Assembly (NCBI GenBank): GCA_029856525.1
Contig: JAHQXC010000055.1
Location: 1-9,060, forward strand
Direction of reading: 5' to 3'
DNA: 9,060 nt
Origin: Candidatus Odinarchaeia archaeon
GTDB taxonomy: Archaea; Asgardarchaeota; Odinarchaeia; Odinarchaeales; Odinarchaeaceae
The translations under genes were made by a program, and so were the position numbers. The number at the start of each line of letters is the position of its first letter. Position 1 is the stretch's first letter. Of the stretch, positions 1 through 6,414 are shown piece by piece. The notes under the pieces are model-generated. The model saw only the letters and a program-made list of their open reading frames with translations. It did not search any database and had not been told where the DNA came from.

Positions 1-1
1 T

Positions 2-253
2 GTTTTAAACTCTGAGATAAATGAGGAGGATGCTAGAAGAATAGCTGAACAGGAGATTGAATCCTATCATAAAAGATTAGCGTTAGATGACGTGGATGAA
101 ATAATTAATTTCAAAAGCAGCTTCGAGTTTAAAAGCACCGTTTACCTTCACGCGCCTGTATGGTTTATAGTCTATAAATATAAAAAGGAGTTTTTCAATG
201 TTCTCATTGACGGTGGCTGTGGAACAGTGATTAAAGGGGAGTTCCCGCTCTAA
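2..253 (+). CDS. 5'-truncated hypothetical protein, C-terminal 83 aa (VLNSEINEEDARRIAEQEIE...VYLHAPVWFIVYKYKKEFFNVLIDGGCGTVIKGEFPL*)
   Basis: Not in the ORF track. My translation of + frame 2 is open from base 2 to TAA at 251-253. The ending P-V-W-x3-Y-x-Y...L-I-D-G-x2-G-x-V-I-K-G-x2-P resembles, from memory, the C-terminal motif of a widespread uncharacterised family often carrying N-terminal Zn ribbons. The family call is tentative. Confidence 0.8.
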   Translation, partial: VLNSEINEEDARRIAEQEIESYHKRLALDDVDEIINFKSSFEFKSTVYLHAPVWFIVYKYKKEFFNVLIDGGCGTVIKGEFPL

Positions 254-290
254 GATTTTAAAAAAGAGAAAAAAATAATTTAGAATTTAT
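254..290 (-). terminator. Oligo-T tract, probable archaeal-type terminator of the nuoJKLMN-like operon
   Basis: The minus strand just after the stop at 291 reads ATAAATTCTAAATTA-TTTTTTT-CTC-TTTTTT (A7 at 269-275 and A6 at 260-265 on +). It lies in the 37-bp gap between convergent genes. Confidence 0.55.
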
Positions 291-1850
291 TTACGGGACT
301 ACAGCTCCTATATAAGAAGCAGGGTTTAAAATAGACCCTGCAACTTGCTGAAGCAAGCCTACTAGCGGAGCATTCCATACTCCCAGTATAAATATGGCGG
401 CAGCGAGTATAGCGATGGGTATAAGGATTATAGGATGAGATTCTCTAACACCTTCAACTCTCTCCGAGGGCTCTGAGAAAACTGTTATCCGGAGTATTCG
501 CAGATAATATGCGATTGAAAGAGCGCTGTTAAATAATGTGAGAGCAGCTAAAGCTATGCCAGGAGCGCTTCCAGTAGCAGCCTGACCCCAGATGATCATG
601 AATTTACTGAAGAAGCCTGGTAGAGGCGGGACACCGGCTATTGAGAGAACTCCTAGAATCATACAGAATGCTGTTATAGGCATCTTTCTACCAATACCTT
701 TCAACAAGTTTAAGTCACGGGTGTGAACTTGATATAGGAATGCGCCTGAAACGAGGAAGAGCAGTCCTTTAGCCATCGCATGGTTTAGGAGATGGAATAA
801 ACTACCTGTTAACGCGATAGTCTGAGCTGATGCGTCTACGCCTAGAAATACTATTGAAAGCCCTGCTATAATATAACCGATGTTAGCGATGCTGGAGAAT
901 GCTAACAAGCGTTTAAAATCTGTTTGAAGGAGAGCCATAATATTTCCAACAAACATTGTCACAACCGCGAAACCGGCTATAATAAACCCGAAATTCCATA
1001 TGCTAGGAGCGAAAATAATTGAGCCGACTCTTAGAATAGCGTATACGCCTGTTTTTATCACCACACCGCTGAGCATAGCGCTTATTCCACTAGGCGCAGC
1101 CGGGTGAGCGTCTGGAAGCCATGCATGGAATGGCACAATAGAAGCTGTGACACCGAAACCCGACACGAGCATAGCTAGTAGAATATATAGTAGGGGTGTC
1201 GGGAGCACTGTGGAAATGATTGAGCCCAGGTAGGCTATGTTAAGCGTTCCCGTTAACCCGTATAGATAGGATATTGAAAACAGTATGAGCGTGGAGCCGA
1301 AAGCGCTCATAATAAGATATTTGTAGCCTGCTTCAATAGGCTCCCATTTATTCTTTCTAAAGGAGACGAGACTGTAACCTGAAAGAGCCATAATCTCCCA
1401 GAAAACAAACAATGTGAAAAGATCCGCCGCGTAGACTACGCCTATCATTCCAGCTATAAGTGTTTGAAGCAGAAGATAATATTTATCTAATCCGCTGTCC
1501 TTATCCATGTATTTTATACTGTAAATGCTGACAAGGAAACCGATTGAAACAAACACTACGCTCATAAACCAGCTGAAAATATCTATCTCGAAACCCGTAG
1601 CCCCGGTTGTAGGTGAACCGAATATTAATATTGTTTTAACCCCTGTGGGTGTTATAGCAGGATCTATCAGCATAAGATAAACGTTTATGACAGACCATAA
1701 TGTGATTGCGAGCATGAAGGCTGCGAAAAAGTCTGTTGCACGCTCTGCTCTAAGCTTACTGAATAATAAGTGTACCAGTGGTGTTATAACAGCTCCTATA
1801 AGTGGTAGTATAATTGGCAGTAACCAAACCAGGATTGTTAAATCAAGCAT
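291..1850 (-). CDS. Antiporter-like proton-translocating membrane subunit (Proton_antipo_M family), NuoN position, MrpD/MbhH-like sequence, 519 aa
   Basis: About 14 hydrophobic segments. TM5 Glu in LFVFWEIMAL, EAGYKYL, PFHAWLPDAHPAAP, TM8 Lys in SGVVIKTGVY, LLAFSSIANIGY, HLLNHAMAKGLLFL, and TM12 Lys in AGVPPLPGFFSKF (N/MrpD type). Last gene after L and M. ATG at 1850 with TGAGGT 10 nt upstream. No symbol given because the motifs are MrpD/MbhH-like rather than classic NuoN. Confidence 0.92.
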   Translation of the reverse strand: MLDLTILVWLLPIILPLIGAVITPLVHLLFSKLRAERATDFFAAFMLAITLWSVINVYLMLIDPAITPTGVKTILIFGSPTTGATGFEIDIFSWFMSVVFVSIGFLVSIYSIKYMDKDSGLDKYYLLLQTLIAGMIGVVYAADLFTLFVFWEIMALSGYSLVSFRKNKWEPIEAGYKYLIMSAFGSTLILFSISYLYGLTGTLNIAYLGSIISTVLPTPLLYILLAMLVSGFGVTASIVPFHAWLPDAHPAAPSGISAMLSGVVIKTGVYAILRVGSIIFAPSIWNFGFIIAGFAVVTMFVGNIMALLQTDFKRLLAFSSIANIGYIIAGLSIVFLGVDASAQTIALTGSLFHLLNHAMAKGLLFLVSGAFLYQVHTRDLNLLKGIGRKMPITAFCMILGVLSIAGVPPLPGFFSKFMIIWGQAATGSAPGIALAALTLFNSALSIAYYLRILRITVFSEPSERVEGVRESHPIILIPIAILAAAIFILGVWNAPLVGLLQQVAGSILNPASYIGAVVP

Positions 1851-1860
1851 TTTTCATCCA

Positions 1861-1866
1861 ACCTCA
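1861..1866 (-). promoter_or_regulatory. Shine-Dalgarno (TGAGGT) for the 519-aa subunit, overlapping the nuoM stop
   Basis: Minus strand reads ACG-TGA-GGT-TGGATGAAAA-ATG. Confidence 0.55.
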
Positions 1867-3399
1867 CGTTAAAGGCGCTATATATTGTGCTATAGGCATT
1901 AAATAATCTAGAATTATATTCGGGAAAATCCCAATCAACACGGCTCCGAAGGCTAAAAGCGCTACTGGCACCAGCATAGTCCAAGGTGCTTCTTTGACGT
2001 CAGCTAAGTCTTCACGCTGCGGGCCGAAGAAAACCCTTCTTATAAACCAGAGTATGTAGCCGGCGGTCACCGCTGTTGAAGCAACTGCGAATATTAAAAG
2101 AATAATGTGGGAGGCTGCAGCTGCACCTGCGAATATAAGCCATTCGCTAGCAAACCCTGCTAAAGGCGGTGTGCCTGCGATGCTTAAACCTGCTATTAAA
2201 GTGATTGTAGCTGTTATAGGCATTTTAGAGGCTAAACCACCTAGTTTAGTGATATCTCTGCCTTTCACATGGCCTATTTGAGTCATAAGTATTCCGGCAA
2301 TCATGAAGAGGGTGCCTTTACCGAACGCGTGGGTTACTATGTGAAGAGATGCTCCAGCTAAACCTAGAGAGGTGACAGCGGAGATACCTAGGAGGATATA
2401 ACCCATTTGACTCACAGAGGAGTATGCGAAAAGTCTCTTAGTATCGGTTTGCGCTAAAGCCATCACTCCACCGTATATCATTGTGATGACTGCGAATATC
2501 ATAATTATCGTGGAAACATTTATAACCCAGCTTCCAGCGGTGAATAACACTACATCAGTGAATACGAATCCGAATACATTTACAGGTATTCTAATAATAC
2601 CGTAAGCCGCTGTCTCTATCATCACACCTGAAAGAATCGCGGACACAGGGGTGGGTGCTTCGCCGTGAGCTTCAGGAAGCCATGTGTGAATCGGAAATAT
2701 CGCCATTTTAACGCAGAAACCTACAAGATAGAGGGGGACAGCTAAAGTTGCAAGAGAGGAGGCTGTGACAGTGAGCTCATACATGTTAAGAGTTGGTGAA
2801 CCTGCTTGAAATGAGATAAACCAGGTGACGGCTATAGCTAAAAGAATACATATTGAACCGAATTGAGTGAACATGAAGTATTTGAAACCTGCTCTAGCCG
2901 CTTTACCGGGTGTACCCCATCTAACGATCATAGCCCAGGATGGTATGAGCATAAGCTCCCAGAAGACGAAGAATTCTAACAGGTTTGTTGAAAGAATCAC
3001 GCCGACCATACCGGTCATATACAGGAGCATTAAAGCGAAATAAGAGTGTTTATTCTCCTCTTCTCTCAGATATGGTATACTGTATAAAGTGGCCAGTGTT
3101 GTTAAAATCATAGTTATCGCGGCTATAGGTGTGCTTAAACCGTCAGCGTACAAGCCGAAGTCTAGGCTTAAAAGCCCTGGATTCCAGGAATATAATTCGT
3201 ATAATGGCGTCCCAGCTAAAACATTGGAGCCGGCGACCACTATAAATATAATCGTAGCTGCAGCTGCGATTAAAGTGGCAAGCCAACCGCTTTTCTCTTC
3301 GAATCTTCTACCGAATAAGTATACTACAGGTGCACCGATAATTAAGATGAGAAGAGATACCAGCATCCAGCTCGAAGTTACAGGTGTAGGTAGCTGCAT
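1864..3399 (-). CDS. nuoM: NADH-quinone oxidoreductase subunit M-like antiporter subunit (NuoM/FpoM), 511 aa from ATG 3399 (513 aa from TTG 3405)
   Basis: FFVFWELMLIPSW (TM5 Glu), GFKYFMFTQFGS, GFCVKMAIFPIHTWLPEAHGEAPTP (TM7 Lys), LFAYSSVSQMGY, and TM12 Glu in AGTPPLAGFASEW (M type). AGGAGG (3414-3409) is 9 nt from ATG 3399 but only 3 nt from TTG 3405, so ATG 3399 is preferred. Confidence 0.9.
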   Translation of the reverse strand: MQLPTPVTSSWMLVSLLILIIGAPVVYLFGRRFEEKSGWLATLIAAAATIIFIVVAGSNVLAGTPLYELYSWNPGLLSLDFGLYADGLSTPIAAITMILTTLATLYSIPYLREEENKHSYFALMLLYMTGMVGVILSTNLLEFFVFWELMLIPSWAMIVRWGTPGKAARAGFKYFMFTQFGSICILLAIAVTWFISFQAGSPTLNMYELTVTASSLATLAVPLYLVGFCVKMAIFPIHTWLPEAHGEAPTPVSAILSGVMIETAAYGIIRIPVNVFGFVFTDVVLFTAGSWVINVSTIIMIFAVITMIYGGVMALAQTDTKRLFAYSSVSQMGYILLGISAVTSLGLAGASLHIVTHAFGKGTLFMIAGILMTQIGHVKGRDITKLGGLASKMPITATITLIAGLSIAGTPPLAGFASEWLIFAGAAAASHIILLIFAVASTAVTAGYILWFIRRVFFGPQREDLADVKEAPWTMLVPVALLAFGAVLIGIFPNIILDYLMPIAQYIAPLT

Positions 3400-3408
3400 A
3401 TTCAATAT

Positions 3409-3414
3409 CCTCCT
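3409..3414 (-). promoter_or_regulatory. Shine-Dalgarno (AGGAGG) for nuoM, overlapping the nuoL stop TAG
   Basis: Minus strand reads ATT-TAG-GAGG-ATATTGAAT-ATG. Confidence 0.7.
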
Positions 3415-5467
3415 AAATTAGTAATAATACGGCTAAAGCAGCCGCCACCATTATAATTATTCCTATAAGCACCCCTAACATGTTCAAACTTAAAATCCCT
3501 GTGTGCGTTTTTCTGAATCTCTCCGTGAATCCGCGTGTCCCATTAGCTAGTACATCGTTGAATTTATCTATACCCGCCTCTTCAATATACTTGTATGCGC
3601 CTCTAGCAGCCCATATAAAGCCGTCTACGAAGAGAGCGTAATAGAACGCGTTAATATACCACCTGTTCATAAGAAACGTGTATAATGGTTTAAACGTAGG
3701 AGTATCCTGTTTGCCATCTCTTCTAATATATAATATGTAGGCTGGTATAAAACCGATGATTATCATCGCGATACTTGTGCCTAAAGCTGTTAGAACAAGC
3801 GGGTTTGCAGCAGGAATACCTGTAGATGTGTGATGGCCTGCAAGCTCCTCGAAGAAGACGGTTAAAGCGCTCTCCCACCCGGGAACCCCGAAGAAGTCTG
3901 GGATAGATGCGACGCCTATTATGATCGATCCTACCGCTAATATTATTAAAGGTATGATCATAACTTTAGGTGATTCGTGAACATGATGGCCTTTTCTCTC
4001 CATTTCCTGTAAGTAGCTGCTCTTATTCCCGAAGAAAGTAATTCCTAGCATTCTGAAACTGTAGAATACGGTTATAGCAGCGGTGATAGCTGCGATAGCG
4101 AATAAGAGAGTATTACCGGCTTGAAGAGCAGCTGTTAGAATCGCTTCCTTACTCCACCCGCCTGCGAAGAGGAATGGAATACCGGATAATGATAAAACAC
4201 CTACTAGCATAGTGCGATAGGTCCATGGCATATCTTTTCTTATTCCACCCATTTCAAACATACTCTTCGTGTTAGTGGAGTGGAGTACACTGCCAGCGGC
4301 TAGGAAGAGCAAAGCTTTGAATATGGCGTGAGCTATAAGATGAAATGTGCCTGCGATATACCCAGCCGCAGATTCCACCACTGTTCCAGCTACACCTAAA
4401 GCAGCGAACATGTAACCTAACTGGCTTATAGTAGAGTAAGCTAATACTTGTTTAATCTCTTTTTTCACGACACCTATCGTAGCTGCTAGGAAAGCTGTTC
4501 CTATTCCAACCCAGGATACGATTTGGAAGAATGTGATAATCTCAGTGTAACCTAAAACGAGGTAAGCTTCATGAATTATCGGGAGAACTCTAGCCACTAA
4601 ATACACTCCGGCTTTAACCATTGCAGCCGCATGGATTAAAGCGCTGACAGTGGTTGGGCCGGCCATCGCCTCCGGCAGCCAAACGTGAAGTGGGAATTGA
4701 GCTGATTTACCTACAGGGCCGCCGAATAATAAGATTAAAGCAGGGAGTAGAAGACCACCGTTAGCTAAAGCCGTCACCCAGGCGAATCCGCCTTCAGCTA
4801 GTTCTAAATAATTAAATGTGCCTGCGTATGTGAAGATGATAACTATCGCTATTAGTAAAGCTACATCACCGACTCTGGTGGTTATGAACGCTTTCATACC
4901 ACAGGCAGCGTTATATTCGCCTTCCGTTTTATATCTCGGATCAGGGCTAGGCTCGGTTTTTTTATGCCAGAATCCTATTAACGCATAGCTGCATAAGCCT
5001 ACGATCTCCCATCCTATAAAAGTCATTAAAAGATTATCAGCTAATACGAGCAGATCCATGCCGCCTATGAAGAAGAGCATGAAGAACCAGTATCTCATTT
5101 TATCGGTTTCATGATGCATATACCCTAAAGAGTAAACTAATATTAGGAATCCGATTCCAGAGGCTATGTTAGCCATGAAGACAGATAACGGGTCTATTAG
5201 AACACCCATATTCAGGAATCCTGAGATCCATGGTATACTCCAGTCGCCGTGCGCTCCAGGCGTTGGGAAATTCGCTAAAGCAACACCTGTAAGCCAATCA
5301 TAGCCGTTTATAATATCGGGGATTATAGAGAGAGCGAAGATCATTGTAACCCCGCCAACCGCTATCGCGAAATAATCGCGGGCGGCTCCGCTTATCTTAT
5401 TAACAGCAGGGATTAACACAGCTCCGATCATTGGAATAACCCATAACCATGGTGCGAACGGTAACAT
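3413..5467 (-). CDS. nuoL: NADH-quinone oxidoreductase subunit L-like antiporter subunit (NuoL/FpoL/MrpA family), 684 aa
   Basis: IDPLS, FIGWEIVGLCSYALIGFW, KAFITTRVGD, GKSAQFPLHVWLPEAMAGPTTVSALIHAA, LAYSTISQLGY, FHLIAHAIFKALLFLAAGSV, WSKEAIL. The C-terminal extension (NRWYINAFY...RKTHTG plus a terminal TM) resembles the NuoL lateral helix. SD AGGAGGT at 5480-5474. Confidence 0.95.
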   Translation of the reverse strand: MLPFAPWLWVIPMIGAVLIPAVNKISGAARDYFAIAVGGVTMIFALSIIPDIINGYDWLTGVALANFPTPGAHGDWSIPWISGFLNMGVLIDPLSVFMANIASGIGFLILVYSLGYMHHETDKMRYWFFMLFFIGGMDLLVLADNLLMTFIGWEIVGLCSYALIGFWHKKTEPSPDPRYKTEGEYNAACGMKAFITTRVGDVALLIAIVIIFTYAGTFNYLELAEGGFAWVTALANGGLLLPALILLFGGPVGKSAQFPLHVWLPEAMAGPTTVSALIHAAAMVKAGVYLVARVLPIIHEAYLVLGYTEIITFFQIVSWVGIGTAFLAATIGVVKKEIKQVLAYSTISQLGYMFAALGVAGTVVESAAGYIAGTFHLIAHAIFKALLFLAAGSVLHSTNTKSMFEMGGIRKDMPWTYRTMLVGVLSLSGIPFLFAGGWSKEAILTAALQAGNTLLFAIAAITAAITVFYSFRMLGITFFGNKSSYLQEMERKGHHVHESPKVMIIPLIILAVGSIIIGVASIPDFFGVPGWESALTVFFEELAGHHTSTGIPAANPLVLTALGTSIAMIIIGFIPAYILYIRRDGKQDTPTFKPLYTFLMNRWYINAFYYALFVDGFIWAARGAYKYIEEAGIDKFNDVLANGTRGFTERFRKTHTGILSLNMLGVLIGIIIMVAAALAVLLLI

Positions 5468-5473
5468 CTCTTA

Positions 5474-5480
5474 ACCTCCT
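5474..5480 (-). promoter_or_regulatory. Shine-Dalgarno (AGGAGGT) for nuoL
   Basis: Minus strand reads TGAAT-AGGAGGT-TAAGAG-ATG, 6 nt spacing. Confidence 0.75.
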
Positions 5481-5482
5481 AT

Positions 5483-5803
5483 TCACTCTCTTAATCTTCT
5501 CAGTTTTTTAATGTCGATTGTGCCGTAGTGTTTATACGCGTTTATAGCAAGCGAGAGCGCTATAGCAGCTATGCAACCGCCTATTATTATACTTGTTATT
5601 ACGATACTGTGAGCTACAGGGTCTACACCGCTTGTGGGAGTGGCTGCGAACGCTATAAAGTTGAGGTGAGCTCCATCTATCAGAATCTCGATTGCGATAA
5701 CTGTTTTAATCATATTTCTAGTCGAGACTAAAGCGTAAAGCCCTATAATATATAAGGCGGCTGCAGCTCCAAGATACCACCATAATAAATTTAACGGTAA
5801 CAT
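5483..5803 (-). CDS. nuoK: NuoK / MrpC / MbhG-family small membrane subunit (Oxidored_q2), 106 aa
   Basis: Three TM segments. GLYALVSTRNMIKTVIAIEIL (TM2 Glu), DPVAHSIVITSIIIG (MrpC-like DPxxQAxxLTAIVIG) and the C-terminal YKHYGTIDIKKLRRLRE. Directly upstream of nuoL. Start overlaps the upstream stop (TAATG). Confidence 0.88.
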   Translation of the reverse strand: MLPLNLLWWYLGAAAALYIIGLYALVSTRNMIKTVIAIEILIDGAHLNFIAFAATPTSGVDPVAHSIVITSIIIGGCIAAIALSLAINAYKHYGTIDIKKLRRLRE

Positions 5804-6108
5804 TATTGACTCTCCTCCTCAGCTTCCGCTTCAATGCTCTCCGGTTTTTCCAGCCGGAATAACGCGGCCGCTCCAGCTGCGGCTACGAAGAGAACTATAA
5901 CCTGCCCGAATGTTTCAACAACTCTCCTATTCCATAAAATATTGCTAATCCATTCTAGGAGAGTGTTAGAAGTTGTTGTAACAAAAGCTGTGCCGGTAGG
6001 TGAATACTGAAATGGAATAATAGTGGGCAGTTGAATCAGAATAATTACTAGAAGAAGTATCGAGAAACCGGCTGCTAAAGCTTTTAAAGCGGTATCATAC
6101 GGTTTCAA
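5803..6108 (-). CDS. Small membrane subunit equivalent to the C-terminal half of NuoJ, MbhE-like, 101 aa
   Basis: Two hydrophobic segments. LWNRRVVETFGQVIVLFVAAAGAAALFR resembles the MbhE/MrpA-C-terminal 'R..DT.GE..VL..A..G' helix and sits where NuoJ TM5 would be. TTG start overlaps the upstream TGA (TTGA), with SD GAGGAGGAG 5 nt upstream. Confidence 0.75.
   Translation of the reverse strand: MKPYDTALKALAAGFSILLLVIILIQLPTIIPFQYSPTGTAFVTTTSNTLLEWISNILWNRRVVETFGQVIVLFVAAAGAAALFRLEKPESIEAEAEEESQ
5812..5820 (-). promoter_or_regulatory. Shine-Dalgarno (GAGGAGGAG) for nuoK, inside the EEE codons of the upstream gene
   Basis: 8 nt upstream of ATG 5803. Confidence 0.65.
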
Positions 6109-6362
6109 TCTTTCTCCTCCTCTTTAGCCTTAGTTACAAGGCTTATAGCGGCTAGAAAGAGAACTGTAACCGCTCCCGCATATATAACTAGTTGAAACAC
6201 AGCTACATAAGGAGCGTTTAAAATGAAATAGATTATCCCTAGAAAAACACTCATAACAGCGAGTGAAACAGCGCTGTAAATTAAATTTTTATGCTCGATA
6301 GCGATTATCGCAAACACTATCATAGCCGCGATCATCGCAAAGTGAAATATGAAGTCGATCAT
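6105..6362 (-). CDS. nuoJ: NuoJ N-terminal half (TM1-3; Oxidored_q3 / MbhD-equivalent), 85 aa
   Basis: NLIYSAVSL...LGIIYFILNAPYVAVFQLVIYAGAVTVLFL matches the NuoJ TM3 signature (L.A.f.a..Q..vYaGAv.VLFL). First gene of the operon, with SD GGAGTG 6 nt upstream of ATG. Confidence 0.85.
   Translation of the reverse strand: MIDFIFHFAMIAAMIVFAIIAIEHKNLIYSAVSLAVMSVFLGIIYFILNAPYVAVFQLVIYAGAVTVLFLAAISLVTKAKEEEKD
6114..6122 (-). promoter_or_regulatory. Shine-Dalgarno (GAGGAGGAG) for the TTG-started 101-aa gene, inside the EEE codons of nuoJ-N
   Basis: 5 nt upstream of TTG 6108. Confidence 0.65.
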
Positions 6363-6368
6363 ATTTTA

Positions 6369-6374
6369 CACTCC
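6369..6374 (-). promoter_or_regulatory. Shine-Dalgarno (GGAGTG) for the first operon gene
   Basis: Minus strand reads GCGGAGTG-TAAAAT-ATG. Confidence 0.6.
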
Positions 6375-6414
6375 GCTCAGCTTCGATTTAACAAAAAGCA
6401 AATAGATAACTACC

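Noticed and set aside
1843-1857. Micro-ORF MKNA* (minus strand) overlapping the start of the 519-aa gene, in frame after the nuoM stop
   Set aside because: Its ATG is only 3 nt from the SD, which is poor spacing. Four-codon ORFs arise easily by chance and there is no evidence of a regulatory role.
1687-1872. 61-aa + strand ORF
   Set aside because: Antisense shadow of the well-supported 519-aa membrane gene, with no recognisable motifs or SD.
3400-3405. TTG start at 3405 for nuoM (ORF track)
   Set aside because: SD spacing favours the in-frame ATG at 3399.
3089-3421. 110-aa + strand ORF
   Set aside because: Antisense to nuoM and the nuoL end; a typical shadow ORF of hydrophobic coding sequence.
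5528-5731. 67-aa + strand ORF rich in Tyr/Cys
   Set aside because: Lies wholly antisense within nuoK. The Cys/Tyr richness follows from the complement of Ala/Ile codons, and there is no credible metal-binding pattern or start signal.
5803-6362. Split nuoJ as a frameshifted pseudogene or programmed frameshift
   Set aside because: The second half has its own SD and an overlapping TTGA start, and there is no slippery run at the junction. The split matches known two-gene arrangements.
291-6362. Calling the operon a complete Mrp Na+/H+ antiporter or a complete NADH dehydrogenase
   Set aside because: MrpB/E/F/G and all redox or NADH-binding subunits are absent from the window, so only the membrane arm is supported.
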